64,000 nucleotides of DNA, from the NCBI GenBank assembly GCA_035439525.1, contig DAORKK010000001.1:3695-67694 (forward strand). Reading direction: 5' to 3'. The position numbers and the translations under genes are program-made. Every line of letters starts with the position of its first letter. Position 1 is the stretch's first letter. This stretch comes from Chitinophagaceae bacterium. Its GTDB lineage: Bacteria; Bacteroidota; Bacteroidia; Chitinophagales; Chitinophagaceae. The notes under the pieces were generated by a model. It was not told the origin of the DNA. It made no database searches and was given only the letters and a program-made list of their open reading frames with translations. Positions 41,964 to 52,945 of this stretch are shown here, piece after piece.

Positions 41964-44900
41964 TTGAGCCTGAAGCGGTTTAAAAAAATACTGAAATGGT
42001 TTTTTATCTGTTTACTGCTGCTGATCGCAGGGGCCTATATCTTTATTCAAACCCCCTGGGGACAGAACTGGATCGTAAAGCAGGTAACTCATCGTTTGTC
42101 GAAAGACCTGCAGACCAAAATCACCATCAAACGGGTTGATTTTTCCCTGTTCGATAAAATGCACCTGGAAGGTTTGTTGCTGGAAGACCGGACCGGAGAC
42201 ACGTTGTTGTATGCAGGTGATATGAAAGTCCGGATCACGGACTGGTTTTTCCTTAAAAAGAATATTGAGCTCAAATATGTCGGATTGGAAAACGCGGTGG
42301 TAAAATTTCAGCGCACTGATTCAATCTGGAGGCAGCAATTTATTTTCGATTATTTCGCTTCCTCCTCCACCGATACCAGTAAGAAAAAAAGCGGGCTGCA
42401 GCTTAACCTGCAAACAGCGGAGTTGAAGAATGTAACTTTTATCAAAAAAGACGCCTGGCTTGGTGAGGATATGCGAATCAAAGTAGGTACCCTTAAGCTG
42501 GATGCCAATAACCTGGGACTGACCGGAAACAGGTTTGAAATTAATTCTCTTCAGGTCACGGACCCGGATATTGCTCTTTACAGTTATAACAAGCTTAAAC
42601 CTGCCGGTATTGTAAAAGCGGCCTCCCCTTCCAAAGACACATCGGCAGCCTGGAATGAAGCCCGTACAATTTTTAAAATCGGGGAACTGAAAATCACCAA
42701 TGGAACATTCAGTAGTGACCGGCAGACTGATCGGGCACCACTTGCTCATTTTGACGGATTACATATAAAATTCACCGGCATTAATGCCAACCTGAACAAT
42801 TCCTCTTTTACCGGTGATACTGTTTTTGCCAAACTTAAGATCACCGCAAATGAAAGAAGCGGACTGGAGATAAAAAATCTGTCCGCCGATATGAAGCTGA
42901 CCCCGCAGGGGATGACGTTCAATCAACTCGACCTGCAGACTAATAACAGTCAGCTCCGGAATTATTTTTCCATGTCGTATAACGACATGAGTGAACTCGG
43001 CGATTTTATCCATAAAGTGAAAATGGCCGCCCAGTTTGAGGATTCCCATATTGATAGTGATGATATCGCTTTTTTTGCTCCGGAAATGGCCGACTGGAAT
43101 AAGCGGATTGCCCTGAAAGGAAAAGTGAGAGGAACGGTGGATGACCTGGTAGGAAGAGATCTGTTGCTACAGGCCGGGAACAATACATTATTAAATGGCG
43201 ATATATCCATGACCGGATTGCCGGATATCAACCAGACATTTATCGATTTTAAAGCCAATGATTTCCGGACCGTATATACTGATGCGGTACAAATAGTTCC
43301 AGCCATCCGGAATATCAGGAATCCGGATCTCAGGAAAATCAGTTACCTCACATTCACCGGCAGTTTTACCGGGTTTATTAATGACTTTGTTACCTACGGT
43401 ACCATACAGACCAATCTTGGCACCATACGGAGTGACCTGAACATGAAACTGCCCGCCGGACAAGAGCCCGTATATTCCGGCTCCATTGCAACGGATAATT
43501 TCAAGCTGGGTGAATTCCTGGGTGATAAAAATATCGGGCTTGTATCCATGACGGGCACGGTAAAAGGAAAAGGCTTTAATGAAAAAACAAGGAATACCCT
43601 GGTAGATGGAAATATCCGGTATGCCGACTATAAAAACTATCGCTACAATAATATCAGCCTAAAAGGAAGACTGGACAAAAAACTCTTTGACGGCACAGCG
43701 GCAATCAATGATGCGCACCTGCAACTGGAAATGTCCGGTGTGATTGATTTCAACAGCAGCACCCCCCGCTTCAATCTCCTGGCAAAAGTGGATAAAGCCA
43801 ATTTAAAAGATCTGAACATCACCCGGGACAGCATCGACTTCAGTGGAAAACTGAATTTTAATTTTACCAGTAGCAATATCGACGATTTCCTGGGGGAAGC
43901 GCGTATAACCGATGCACAGATTTTAAAAAACGGTAATACCCCCTTGCCATTCGATTCGCTGATCGTCACCTCTGCCTTTATTGACAGTGTTAAAACCTTA
44001 TCCGCAGTTTCCAATGAATTTACGGCGACGATTAAAGGCAATTACAGCCTGGATGAACTGCCGGATGCATTCACTTATTTCCTGAGCCGTTATTACCCGG
44101 CTTACATCAAGCCCCCGTCCCGGATCCCCCGAAACCAGGATATCAGTTTTGATATCAATACTTATTATATTGATGAATATGTAAAACTGCTGGCCCCCGG
44201 TATCACGGGTTTTGATAACAGTCATTTTGAAGGCACCCTGAACCTGTCCAAAAATGAACTTAATTTTTCGGCAGATGTACCCCAGTTACATTACAAACAG
44301 TACAATTTTGATAATGTAAAATTCACCGCTGCCGGAAATTATGACAGCCTGGTATTGTTTGGGAAAACGAATAATATCCGGATTAATGACAGCTTGAATA
44401 TTCCCGCTGCCGATTTCAGTATTTATGCCCGCAATGATTCATCACGGGTCAGCATTCATGCCGGGGCCAATCAGAACGTGGAAAAGGGCGACCTGAATGC
44501 GCTGGTACAAACGTATAGTGACGGGGTGCGGATTAATATGGACCGCTCCACTTTTACGATCAATGGCAAACTATGGACCATTGATGAAGAAGGTGAGTTG
44601 GTTTTCCGGAAAAACAATCCGGCCCAGGGTGACCTGATCTTATCTGAAGGCGAACAGAAAATTGTGATGAAGACCCGGCCCTCTGAAGCGGGGCATGGCA
44701 GTGACCTGTTGGTGGAACTGAGCAATGTGAACCTGAATGACTTTGCGCCTTTCTTCCTGCCCAAAAACCGGCTGGAAGGGCTGCTTTCTGGAAATATCCT
44801 CGTGGAAGACCAGGGCGATCATATGCTGGTCACATCCGAAGATATTGCCACCCGTTACTTACGGATGGACAACGATTCCATTGGCGAACTGCGGGCCAGC

Positions 44901-46832
44901 GTTTTGTACAACAGTAAGGATAATGAACTGAAGATTAAAGGCAGTACCGTAAATCAGGAAAGCTATCTGGGTTATAATATAGATCTTTTCTTCGGGGAGG
45001 AAGAGGACGCGAAAAAGAATATCATCGCGTTGAAAGCCCGCACTTTTCCGATCAAAGTACTGGAACGATTCCTCGGGAGTTTATTTTCAGATATGCAGGG
45101 ATTCCTGACCGGAGATATTGATATCAGCGGGCCGTTTGACGACCTGGGGGTGACCGGAAAAGGACGACTGAAAGATGCCGGATTACGGGTGAACTTCACC
45201 CAGTGTTATTATAAAATACAGGACACAGACATTGAACTGACCAAAGAGAAAATTAATCTCGACGGCATTATACTGACGGACACCATTACACGAAATCCGA
45301 TCTATATTACCGGGGGCATCGATCACCAGTCTTTCCGGGACATGTTTTATGACCTGGTGATATCCACCCGAAAGCCCGGCACTACGGTAAAAGACGGGGA
45401 CAAGGCCAATAAGCCGGTGCAATTGCTGAATACCACATTTAGTGATAACCAAACCTTTTATGGCAATGTAAAAGGCACCGGCGTTTTGCAGTTATTCGGA
45501 TACCAGTCAGAGATGGTGATGACCATCAACGCCAATGCGTCTGAAAAAGACAGCAGCTATATCACCCTGCCCCCATCTTCCAGCCGGGAGAGCGGAATAG
45601 CGGACTTTCTGATCGAGCGGAAATACGGACGGGAAATGAACGAATCCGACCTCAGCGGCAATGCCACCAATATCATTTATGATGTGGAAGTGACCGCCAA
45701 TCCGATGGTTACGGTGAAAGTGATCCTGGATGAACTGACCGGCGATGAGATCAAAGGAAAAGGATCAGGTACCCTGAATATCCGTTCCGGTACCGCTGAA
45801 CCATTGAGTCTGAGAGGACGGTTTGATATCGAGGAAGGAAACTACCTGTTTACCTTCCAGTCTTTCTTCAAAAAACCATTTGAAATCAGGAAGGGTTCAC
45901 AGAATTATATTGAATGGAACGGGGATCCTTATGATGCCAATATCAAATTTGAAGCAATGTATGTTGCCGACAATGTGAGTTTTGCCCCATTGGCCAGTTC
46001 CCTTAACCTGACTTCGAATATCAGTAATACCCGGGGGGATGTGTATGTACTGGCCACACTGACCGATAAACTGTTTAAACCACAGATCAACTTCGCACTC
46101 GATTTTCCGTCCAACAGCGTGGCCCGTACCGATCCGGAACTTACCCTGCTGGTACAGCAGATGCAGAAGAACCTGAATGAAATCAACCGGCAGGTGACTT
46201 ACCTGATCGTATTCAACAGTTTTGCGCCAAGTGAATTGTCAGGAGATGTGGCAGGAGCCAACCTGGGGGTTAGTACCATATCCGGCATGTTGCTGGGCGT
46301 ATTGAGTGACCAGCTGAATAAACTGTTTGGCAACCTGTTGAAAAGTGATAAGTATAATATCAATTTCAACACGTCATTCTACAACCGGAACCTGGTGGAT
46401 GCGAGCAAAACCGCGCTGAACCTGAGCAGTAATGTCAACTTCAGTATCGGGCGCTCTTTCTTTAATAACCGGTTTATTATTTCCACCGGGGTGGGTTTTG
46501 ATGCACCACTGAGTCAGTCGGGACAAACCAATATCCAGCAAAACATTCTGTTGTTACCGGATGTGACCCTGGAATGGCTGATCAATGAAAAAGGAACGAT
46601 CCGGGCCACTTTCTTCTACCGGGAAAATGCAGATTATCTGACGGCTTCTTCCAATGCATCTACCACCCGCGCCAGACGGACCGGAGCCAGTATTTCGTAT
46701 CGTAAAGATGTAGACAGGATCTGGGATATATTTAAAGATCTTTTTAAAAAGAAAACCAAACCGGCACCCGAACCTCCCCCGCCGGATACAGTCGTTAAAC
46801 CAGCTGCAGTTATTAAGTCAGAAGAGGAATAG
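41964..46832 (+). CDS. tamB: Translocation and assembly module TamB (DUF490)
   Basis: 1622 aa, N-terminal TM anchor, beta-rich repeats, C-terminal WNGDPYDA motif; TTG start. Confidence 0.88.
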   Translation: MSLKRFKKILKWFFICLLLLIAGAYIFIQTPWGQNWIVKQVTHRLSKDLQTKITIKRVDFSLFDKMHLEGLLLEDRTGDTLLYAGDMKVRITDWFFLKKNIELKYVGLENAVVKFQRTDSIWRQQFIFDYFASSSTDTSKKKSGLQLNLQTAELKNVTFIKKDAWLGEDMRIKVGTLKLDANNLGLTGNRFEINSLQVTDPDIALYSYNKLKPAGIVKAASPSKDTSAAWNEARTIFKIGELKITNGTFSSDRQTDRAPLAHFDGLHIKFTGINANLNNSSFTGDTVFAKLKITANERSGLEIKNLSADMKLTPQGMTFNQLDLQTNNSQLRNYFSMSYNDMSELGDFIHKVKMAAQFEDSHIDSDDIAFFAPEMADWNKRIALKGKVRGTVDDLVGRDLLLQAGNNTLLNGDISMTGLPDINQTFIDFKANDFRTVYTDAVQIVPAIRNIRNPDLRKISYLTFTGSFTGFINDFVTYGTIQTNLGTIRSDLNMKLPAGQEPVYSGSIATDNFKLGEFLGDKNIGLVSMTGTVKGKGFNEKTRNTLVDGNIRYADYKNYRYNNISLKGRLDKKLFDGTAAINDAHLQLEMSGVIDFNSSTPRFNLLAKVDKANLKDLNITRDSIDFSGKLNFNFTSSNIDDFLGEARITDAQILKNGNTPLPFDSLIVTSAFIDSVKTLSAVSNEFTATIKGNYSLDELPDAFTYFLSRYYPAYIKPPSRIPRNQDISFDINTYYIDEYVKLLAPGITGFDNSHFEGTLNLSKNELNFSADVPQLHYKQYNFDNVKFTAAGNYDSLVLFGKTNNIRINDSLNIPAADFSIYARNDSSRVSIHAGANQNVEKGDLNALVQTYSDGVRINMDRSTFTINGKLWTIDEEGELVFRKNNPAQGDLILSEGEQKIVMKTRPSEAGHGSDLLVELSNVNLNDFAPFFLPKNRLEGLLSGNILVEDQGDHMLVTSEDIATRYLRMDNDSIGELRASVLYNSKDNELKIKGSTVNQESYLGYNIDLFFGEEEDAKKNIIALKARTFPIKVLERFLGSLFSDMQGFLTGDIDISGPFDDLGVTGKGRLKDAGLRVNFTQCYYKIQDTDIELTKEKINLDGIILTDTITRNPIYITGGIDHQSFRDMFYDLVISTRKPGTTVKDGDKANKPVQLLNTTFSDNQTFYGNVKGTGVLQLFGYQSEMVMTINANASEKDSSYITLPPSSSRESGIADFLIERKYGREMNESDLSGNATNIIYDVEVTANPMVTVKVILDELTGDEIKGKGSGTLNIRSGTAEPLSLRGRFDIEEGNYLFTFQSFFKKPFEIRKGSQNYIEWNGDPYDANIKFEAMYVADNVSFAPLASSLNLTSNISNTRGDVYVLATLTDKLFKPQINFALDFPSNSVARTDPELTLLVQQMQKNLNEINRQVTYLIVFNSFAPSELSGDVAGANLGVSTISGMLLGVLSDQLNKLFGNLLKSDKYNINFNTSFYNRNLVDASKTALNLSSNVNFSIGRSFFNNRFIISTGVGFDAPLSQSGQTNIQQNILLLPDVTLEWLINEKGTIRATFFYRENADYLTASSNASTTRARRTGASISYRKDVDRIWDIFKDLFKKKTKPAPEPPPPDTVVKPAAVIKSEEE

Positions 46833-46838
46833 TCCGGA

Positions 46839-48047
46839 TCAGCAATCCTGCTTTAAAATTTCATGCCCCATTTTATCCCGTTTGGTTTGCAGGTATTTTT
46901 CGTTGTGCGGGTTCGGGCAGCTTTCAATGGGAATGTTTTCCACAATCTCGAGACCGTACCCGACCAGTCCCACCCTTTTTTTCGGGTTATTCGTCATCAG
47001 GCGCAGTTTGGTTATTCCCAGGTGGCGTAGAATCTGTGCGCCGATCCCATAATCCCGTTGATCCATGGAAAAGCCTAAGTGCAGGTTGGCTTCCACGGTA
47101 TCCATGCCTTCTTCCTGGAGTTTATACGCTTTCAGCTTATTCAGCAGACCGATCCCCCTTCCTTCCTGATTCATATATAAGATAGCGCCCTTCCCTTCTT
47201 TTTCCACCATTTGCATGGCCTGGTGCAGTTGTTCGCCACAATCGCAGCGGAGTGAGCCCAGGATATCCCCGGTAAAACAGGAAGAATGGACCCTTACCAG
47301 CACCGGTTCTTCTTTTGTCCAACTGCCTTTCATCAAGGCCATATGCTCATTCAGAGAGTTTTTTTCCCTGAAAGCCACCAGTTGGAATTCACCGTACTGG
47401 GTGGGCATTTGTACCCGGACAACTTCTTCAATCAGGGATTCGGTATGAACCCGGTATTCGATCAGGTCTTTTATGGAAATTATTTTTAATCCGTGTACCC
47501 TGGCCACTTCCTCCAGTTGGGGCAGGCGGGCCATAGATCCGTCTTCGTTCATGATTTCCACCAGCACCCCCCCGGGTTCAAAACCGGCCAGCCGGGCCAG
47601 GTCGGTGGCCGCCTCGGTATGTCCGGCACGGCGGAGTACGCCTCCCTTTTTTGAGATCAGGGGAAAAATATGTCCAGGCCTGGCGAGTTGTTCAGGCCGG
47701 GTTTCCGGGTTGATCAGGGCAAGGACGGTTTTTGACCGGTCCTGGGCTGAAATCCCGGTTCCGCAGTCATCTCCCAGTAAATCAACACTTACGGTGAATG
47801 CGGTTTCGTGCAGGGCGGTATTCTTATGTACCATCAGGTCTAATCCCAGCTCCTGGCAGCGCTCTTCCGGGAGGGAGGCGCAGATCAGTCCGCGGCCATA
47901 TTTACTCATAAAATTGATCAGTTCCGGGGTAGCATTCCGGGCAGCCGTTACAAAATCTCCTTCATTTTCACGGTCCTCATCGTCCACTACCACTACTAAT
48001 TTGCCCTTTTTTATGTCTTCAATAGCACTTTCAATGGTATCCAGCAT
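46839..48047 (-). CDS. ribBA: Bifunctional DHBP synthase / GTP cyclohydrolase II
   Basis: [29 protein letters not shown]...CDCG and QEGRGIGL; start moved to MLDTIE, downstream of the TATTTTTG box at 48062-48069. Confidence 0.96.
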   Translation of the reverse strand: MLDTIESAIEDIKKGKLVVVVDDEDRENEGDFVTAARNATPELINFMSKYGRGLICASLPEERCQELGLDLMVHKNTALHETAFTVSVDLLGDDCGTGISAQDRSKTVLALINPETRPEQLARPGHIFPLISKKGGVLRRAGHTEAATDLARLAGFEPGGVLVEIMNEDGSMARLPQLEEVARVHGLKIISIKDLIEYRVHTESLIEEVVRVQMPTQYGEFQLVAFREKNSLNEHMALMKGSWTKEEPVLVRVHSSCFTGDILGSLRCDCGEQLHQAMQMVEKEGKGAILYMNQEGRGIGLLNKLKAYKLQEEGMDTVEANLHLGFSMDQRDYGIGAQILRHLGITKLRLMTNNPKKRVGLVGYGLEIVENIPIESCPNPHNEKYLQTKRDKMGHEILKQDC

Positions 48048-48228
48048 CAGCCTTTTTTTTGCAAAAATAGAACAATCGGGCCGGGTTCTGGTTCCGTCCG
48101 GGACCGGGCAGCGAAAAAGGTTCCCGGGCTGTCTTTCTAACACATTCCTTTTCAATAGTCGTTTGTTAATATTTGCCTATATTTAATTTGGAAATATTCC
48201 CTTTCTTTGCAACCGAAAACCAATCTTT

Positions 48229-51200
48229 ATGCTTAAGAGAATAGTCTTTTTATTAGTTGTAGCCCTGATGGCAAGTCCCCTGCTGTTTGCCCAGATTACG
48301 ACCTCTGCTGTTAATGGTACGGTGAAGAACAATGCTGATGAGCCCCTGGTTGGCGCCACGATTGTGGCAACCCACCAGCCCTCCGGCACTAAATACTCCA
48401 CTGTATCCCGCGCAGGTGGTCAGTTTTCTATCCAGAACATGCGTGTGGGTGGCCCTTATTTAATTGAAGTAAGCTTTGTAGGTCACGAAGCCGGTAAATT
48501 TGAAAACGTTTACCTGCAACTGGCTGAATCATTCTTACTGAATCCGGCCCTGAACAAAACCTCCGGTTCACTGGAAAATGTAGTATTGACCAGCGGACGT
48601 AAAAGTTCCATTTTAAATGCCAGCCGGACCGGTTCAGTCACCAATATTGGTGTTCGTCAGATCAACCAGTTACCCACGATCAGCCGTAGTATCAATGACC
48701 TGACCAGAACCACACCACAGGCAAATGGTGCCTCCGTAGGTGGTGGTAACTACCGTCAGAATAACTTTACGATTGACGGAGCTGATTTTAATAACAGTTT
48801 TGGTATTGGTAGCAATCTGCCTGCAGGTGGTACCCCGATTTCCCTGGATGCCCTCGAAGAAATCTCCGTGAATATCACGCCATTTGATATCCGCCAGACC
48901 GGCTTTATCGGAAGTGCGATCAACGCGGTAACCCGTTCTGGTACGAACACATTCAGCGGTTCCGCTTATACTTACTGGAGAAATCAGAATCAGCGTGGTT
49001 ACAAAGTAGGTAACACTACTTTCACCCGCCCGAATGAAGAATTTAAGCAGGTTGGTTTCCGTATTGGTGGTCCGATCATTAAAAACAAACTGTTTTTCTT
49101 CTTCAATTATGAAAAAGAAACTCAGCCGAAAACCATTCAGACCAATATCGCTTCTTCCGCCACTGCTGCTTTTGGAAGTGCTCCGAATATCGCACGCCCT
49201 TCTGCTGACTCTTTACGTTATATCAGCCAATACCTGGCAGATAATTACGGTTATGTAACAGGTCCCTGGGATAATTATACACCCGATATTGAAAGAACGA
49301 AAGTAATGATGCGCCTGGACTGGAACATCAATTCCAAACATCGCATGAATGTGCGTTACAGCCAGGTAGAAGGTGGTGAGCCTAATGGTCCCAGCTCATC
49401 TACCTCCGGAGCCGGTTTCACTTATTCCGGTGGTTTGGGTCGTACCAACAACAATTCCCTTTGGTATAAAAATTCAAATTACTTCCAGGGTGCCAATCTG
49501 TACTCCCTTGCTGCTGAGCTGAACTCCAACTGGGGTCGTTTATCAAATACCCTTCGCGGAACTTATACTTATCAGAATGACTCCCGTGAGACAGACAGCC
49601 AGATATTCCCCTTTGTGGATATCCTGAGTACTACGGGTGTATCAGCTTCTGCGCCTTATACTTCTTTTGGTTATGAGCCTTTCAGCTTCGGTAACCTGCG
49701 GAAAGTGAAAACCTATTCAATTATTGACAATCTGAGCTGGACCAGTGGTAAACACTCCTGGACAGTAGGTGGTCAATTTGACCTGAGCGAAACCATCAAT
49801 GGTTTCCAGCGTTTCGCCACCAGTTATTATGTATTTAATACCTGGGCTGATTTTGCGAATGGCCGTGATCCTCGCGATTTCGCCATCACTTACTCCCTGT
49901 CTAAAAATTTCGCTCCTGCCTACTCTGCCTTTAAGTTCGCTCAGCTTTCTTTGTATGGACAGGATGAAATCACCCTTAACCGTAATTTCCGGATGACTCT
50001 TGGTTTAAGGGTTGACCGTGCTACTTACCCTGAAGTTCCCCAGATTAAAACACACCCATTGGTGGCGGCTATGACTTTTGCCGGTGGTGTGAAAATGAAT
50101 ACAGGATTACTGCCCTCTACACGTCTTATGTGGTCTCCACGTATGGGCTTTAACTGGGATCTTTATGGCGACCGCTCCCTGCAGATCCGTGGTGGTACAG
50201 GTATCTTCACCGGTAAGGTTCCCTTTGTATGGATCGTGAGTCAGTCTGGTGATAATGGAATGATCCAGATCACCCAATCCTTTAACGGACTGGGCAATAA
50301 CGTAAACCGCCCGTTCAATCCTGATCCGGCTGCTTACCGCCCTGCCAGTGTACCTCAGGCTGGTACCATTGTACCTGGAACCGTTACAGCACTGGATCCT
50401 GAATTTAAATTCCCACAGTCCTGGAAGTCTACCCTGGCCATTGATACCCGTTTACCTGGTGGCCTGATTGGAACCCTGGAAGCCATCTTCAACAAAGACC
50501 TGAATACTGCATTCTTCAGTAATCCAAACATGGCAAGTCCTTCTGCACTGAATGTAGCCGGATATCCTGATAACCGGACCATTTATGGTTCAACAGTACC
50601 TACCCGATTCATCAATACCCTGAACTCCGCTGGTGTTCCGACACAGGGTGGCACAGCTGCTTTCAACCCGATCCTGATCACTAATGGAACAAAAGGATAT
50701 TACTTTGCATTGACTGCAAAAGTAGAAAAGCCTTTTGCTAAAGGTTTCTACGCCTCCTTTGCCTATACCAAATCACTTGCAGGCAATATGCATGATGGTG
50801 GTGGTGACCAGCCCCAGTCTGCCTGGCAGGGTACTGCTACAGTAAATGGAGCAAATACCTCTCCGCTGGGTTATACCGACTATGTACTTCCTGACCGTGT
50901 AGTGGCCCTGGTTTCTTACCGTAAGGAATACCTGAAACACCTGGCTACCACGATCTCCCTGATCTACAACGGTGGTATCTCCGGCCGTTTCTCCTATGTA
51001 TATGGAGCTGACTTCAACCGGGATGGTGTTTCTGGAAATGACCTGATTTACATTCCGACCAAGGCTGAAGTAACTAACATGCAGTTCCAGAGCCAGACCG
51101 TGAATGGAGTAGTATATGACCAGACTGCCCAGCGCACTTTGTTTGAGAACTATATCGGACAGGACAAATACCTGAGATCTCACCGCGGTCAGTATGCTGA

Positions 51201-51543
51201 ACGTAACGGAGCCCAGATCCCCTGGCTGAACCGGGTGGATGTGAAATTCATGCAGGATATCTTCACGAAAGTGGGTAAGAACAGAAACACTGTTCAGTTC
51301 ACCGTGGATATCTTCAACTTTGGAAATATCATCAATTCCGATTGGGGTAAATTCAAATCGATTAACGCCAGTTCTATCCTGATTCCGACCAACCAAAATT
51401 CACTGGTACCGGGTGGTACAGTGGTTCCCCAGTTCCGCCTGGCCTCTGCCAATGGAAATATCATCACCAAGACCTTCCGTGATAATGTAAGTATCAGTTC
51501 TACTTATTCTATCCAGTTTGGTCTGCGTTATATCTTCAATTAA
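48229..51543 (+). CDS. TonB-dependent receptor with a carboxypeptidase-regulatory-like N-domain (Oar-like)
   Basis: Signal peptide, GATIVATHQPSG, IGSAINAVTRSGTN plug motif, C-terminal QFGLRYIF; no SusD-like gene follows. Confidence 0.88.
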   Translation: MLKRIVFLLVVALMASPLLFAQITTSAVNGTVKNNADEPLVGATIVATHQPSGTKYSTVSRAGGQFSIQNMRVGGPYLIEVSFVGHEAGKFENVYLQLAESFLLNPALNKTSGSLENVVLTSGRKSSILNASRTGSVTNIGVRQINQLPTISRSINDLTRTTPQANGASVGGGNYRQNNFTIDGADFNNSFGIGSNLPAGGTPISLDALEEISVNITPFDIRQTGFIGSAINAVTRSGTNTFSGSAYTYWRNQNQRGYKVGNTTFTRPNEEFKQVGFRIGGPIIKNKLFFFFNYEKETQPKTIQTNIASSATAAFGSAPNIARPSADSLRYISQYLADNYGYVTGPWDNYTPDIERTKVMMRLDWNINSKHRMNVRYSQVEGGEPNGPSSSTSGAGFTYSGGLGRTNNNSLWYKNSNYFQGANLYSLAAELNSNWGRLSNTLRGTYTYQNDSRETDSQIFPFVDILSTTGVSASAPYTSFGYEPFSFGNLRKVKTYSIIDNLSWTSGKHSWTVGGQFDLSETINGFQRFATSYYVFNTWADFANGRDPRDFAITYSLSKNFAPAYSAFKFAQLSLYGQDEITLNRNFRMTLGLRVDRATYPEVPQIKTHPLVAAMTFAGGVKMNTGLLPSTRLMWSPRMGFNWDLYGDRSLQIRGGTGIFTGKVPFVWIVSQSGDNGMIQITQSFNGLGNNVNRPFNPDPAAYRPASVPQAGTIVPGTVTALDPEFKFPQSWKSTLAIDTRLPGGLIGTLEAIFNKDLNTAFFSNPNMASPSALNVAGYPDNRTIYGSTVPTRFINTLNSAGVPTQGGTAAFNPILITNGTKGYYFALTAKVEKPFAKGFYASFAYTKSLAGNMHDGGGDQPQSAWQGTATVNGANTSPLGYTDYVLPDRVVALVSYRKEYLKHLATTISLIYNGGISGRFSYVYGADFNRDGVSGNDLIYIPTKAEVTNMQFQSQTVNGVVYDQTAQRTLFENYIGQDKYLRSHRGQYAERNGAQIPWLNRVDVKFMQDIFTKVGKNRNTVQFTVDIFNFGNIINSDWGKFKSINASSILIPTNQNSLVPGGTVVPQFRLASANGNIITKTFRDNVSISSTYSIQFGLRYIFN

Positions 51544-51561
51544 TAGCTGAAGGGTTAATAT

Positions 51562-51595
51562 AAAAAGAGCCGGTTCGTATGAACCGGCTCTTTTG
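51562..51595 (+). terminator. Intrinsic terminator after the TonB-dependent receptor
   Basis: aaaagagccggttc-gtat-gaaccggctctttt. Confidence 0.9.
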
Positions 51596-51600
51596 TTTAT

Positions 51601-51955
51601 GTACGAAGCGAGTTACGAGCTGCGAGCTACGAGCAGATCTCGTAAAACGTGTTACTATAAGTTAATAAAGATTAAGCGTTCTTAGGAAGGGCTGTTGACC
51701 TAACAGCTAACACCTAACAGCTAACACCAGCATAAAATACAAGGTCCCTCCTTACAAATACAAGGACCCTCCTCCGTCGGGATGACAAGTAATTAGAGGG
51801 GTAAAAAAGGAAATACAAGATTTCTCGCTCCTTGCCCTCTGTAGCCCTGCCTACCGGACAGGCAGGTTCAGCGAAAGAGGGACGCTCGAAATACCAGTAA
51901 ACTTCCTTAGAAGGGGCTGTTGACTACTAACTACCGACTACTAACTACCGACTAG
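51601..51955. repeat. Dense cluster of heptamer arrays and REP-like palindromes
   Basis: GAGCTAC-type array at 51608-51634; two same-orientation modules at 51678-51728 and 51902-51955; palindromes at 51735-51789 and 51819-51894. Confidence 0.88.
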
Positions 51956-52769
51956 CCCCCCATCCCCATTTCAAAAAATCCGGCATCGCCCTTCCCCAGG
52001 TGAACACGTCATGATGGCCGTCGGCCAGTTCGAGATAATGAATATCGGTTTCTTTGTTGTACCCTTTGGCTTCCAGTTCACGGATTATATCCAGTGTATC
52101 ATCAATTGAATCAATGACCCCGTTTTTATTCCGGTCTTTCAATTCGTCGAGTGCCCCGCATTGAAAGAAGAATTTCAGCCATGGTGCATATTTGCCTTCC
52201 CGGATCTGCTGGTGCATGATCCGGTGCAGGTTGTCATCATAATTTTCATCCTCCTGGTCCACGCTCCTCCACCAGAATGAGCCGGAGAAAACGCCCACTT
52301 TGGTAAACTCGCCGGGGCGGTTCCACACGATATCCAGGGCACTGAGCCCACCCAGTGAAAAACCGGCAAATGCTTTTTCCGTAAACGAAGGCGTGTCAAA
52401 TTTTTCCCGGATAAAGGGAATCAGTTCATCAAATATAAAAGCGGTGTATTGCGGCGCCTTTGCACCCCGGTCTTTGTAATCCGGGAAAAGCTGGGTTCCA
52501 TATTCCATTTTCCGGTCCTCTCCCGCATGGATGGCGGTAAAGAGCAAGGGCCCGATGGCCTGGTCGCTATAGAGCTTTTCCAGCATTGAACTGAAATGCA
52601 TTTTTTCCATATCCTGACCGTCATTGATCAGCAGCAGGCTGATTGGACTGCCCGGTTGATGCAATTCCGGAATAAAGAAGCTGATTTTCACTTCCCGTTG
52701 AAGACTTTCCGATGAAAGATAAACATCCTCGGTCCGCGTCATTGCCTTTTCTTTTGCTTCTTGCTGCAT
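51945..52769 (-). CDS. Alpha/beta-hydrolase (enterochelin esterase-like), cytoplasmic
   Basis: NDGQD, GFSLGG nucleophile elbow, GHHD; stop lies inside the repeat; TATTTTTG box at 52775-52782. Confidence 0.88.
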   Translation of the reverse strand: MQQEAKEKAMTRTEDVYLSSESLQREVKISFFIPELHQPGSPISLLLINDGQDMEKMHFSSMLEKLYSDQAIGPLLFTAIHAGEDRKMEYGTQLFPDYKDRGAKAPQYTAFIFDELIPFIREKFDTPSFTEKAFAGFSLGGLSALDIVWNRPGEFTKVGVFSGSFWWRSVDQEDENYDDNLHRIMHQQIREGKYAPWLKFFFQCGALDELKDRNKNGVIDSIDDTLDIIRELEAKGYNKETDIHYLELADGHHDVFTWGRAMPDFLKWGWGASR

Positions 52770-52945
52770 GGTTTCAAAAATAATGATTTCATCATAAAAG
52801 GGTCCCGGAATTAATCTTGTTAAGGGGGATTAAAAGAGCCGGTTAATTTGGTGGTGTGCTGCCGAAAAAATAAATTTGGAGACGCCTCTTCTCCCCTGTC
52901 TGTCAGCCCAGGAGTGGCGCAATAACTAATCATTAAAACCCCTTT

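Noticed and set aside
48048-48228. Extended ribBA N-terminus or an FMN riboswitch
   Set aside because: A TAnnTTTG box lies 14 nt before MLDTIE, leaving no room for a riboswitch, and no FMN aptamer motifs are visible
52832-52844. 13-nt match (aaaagagccggtt) to the terminator arm at 51563-51575
   Set aside because: A single short match with no complementary arm; compatible with chance
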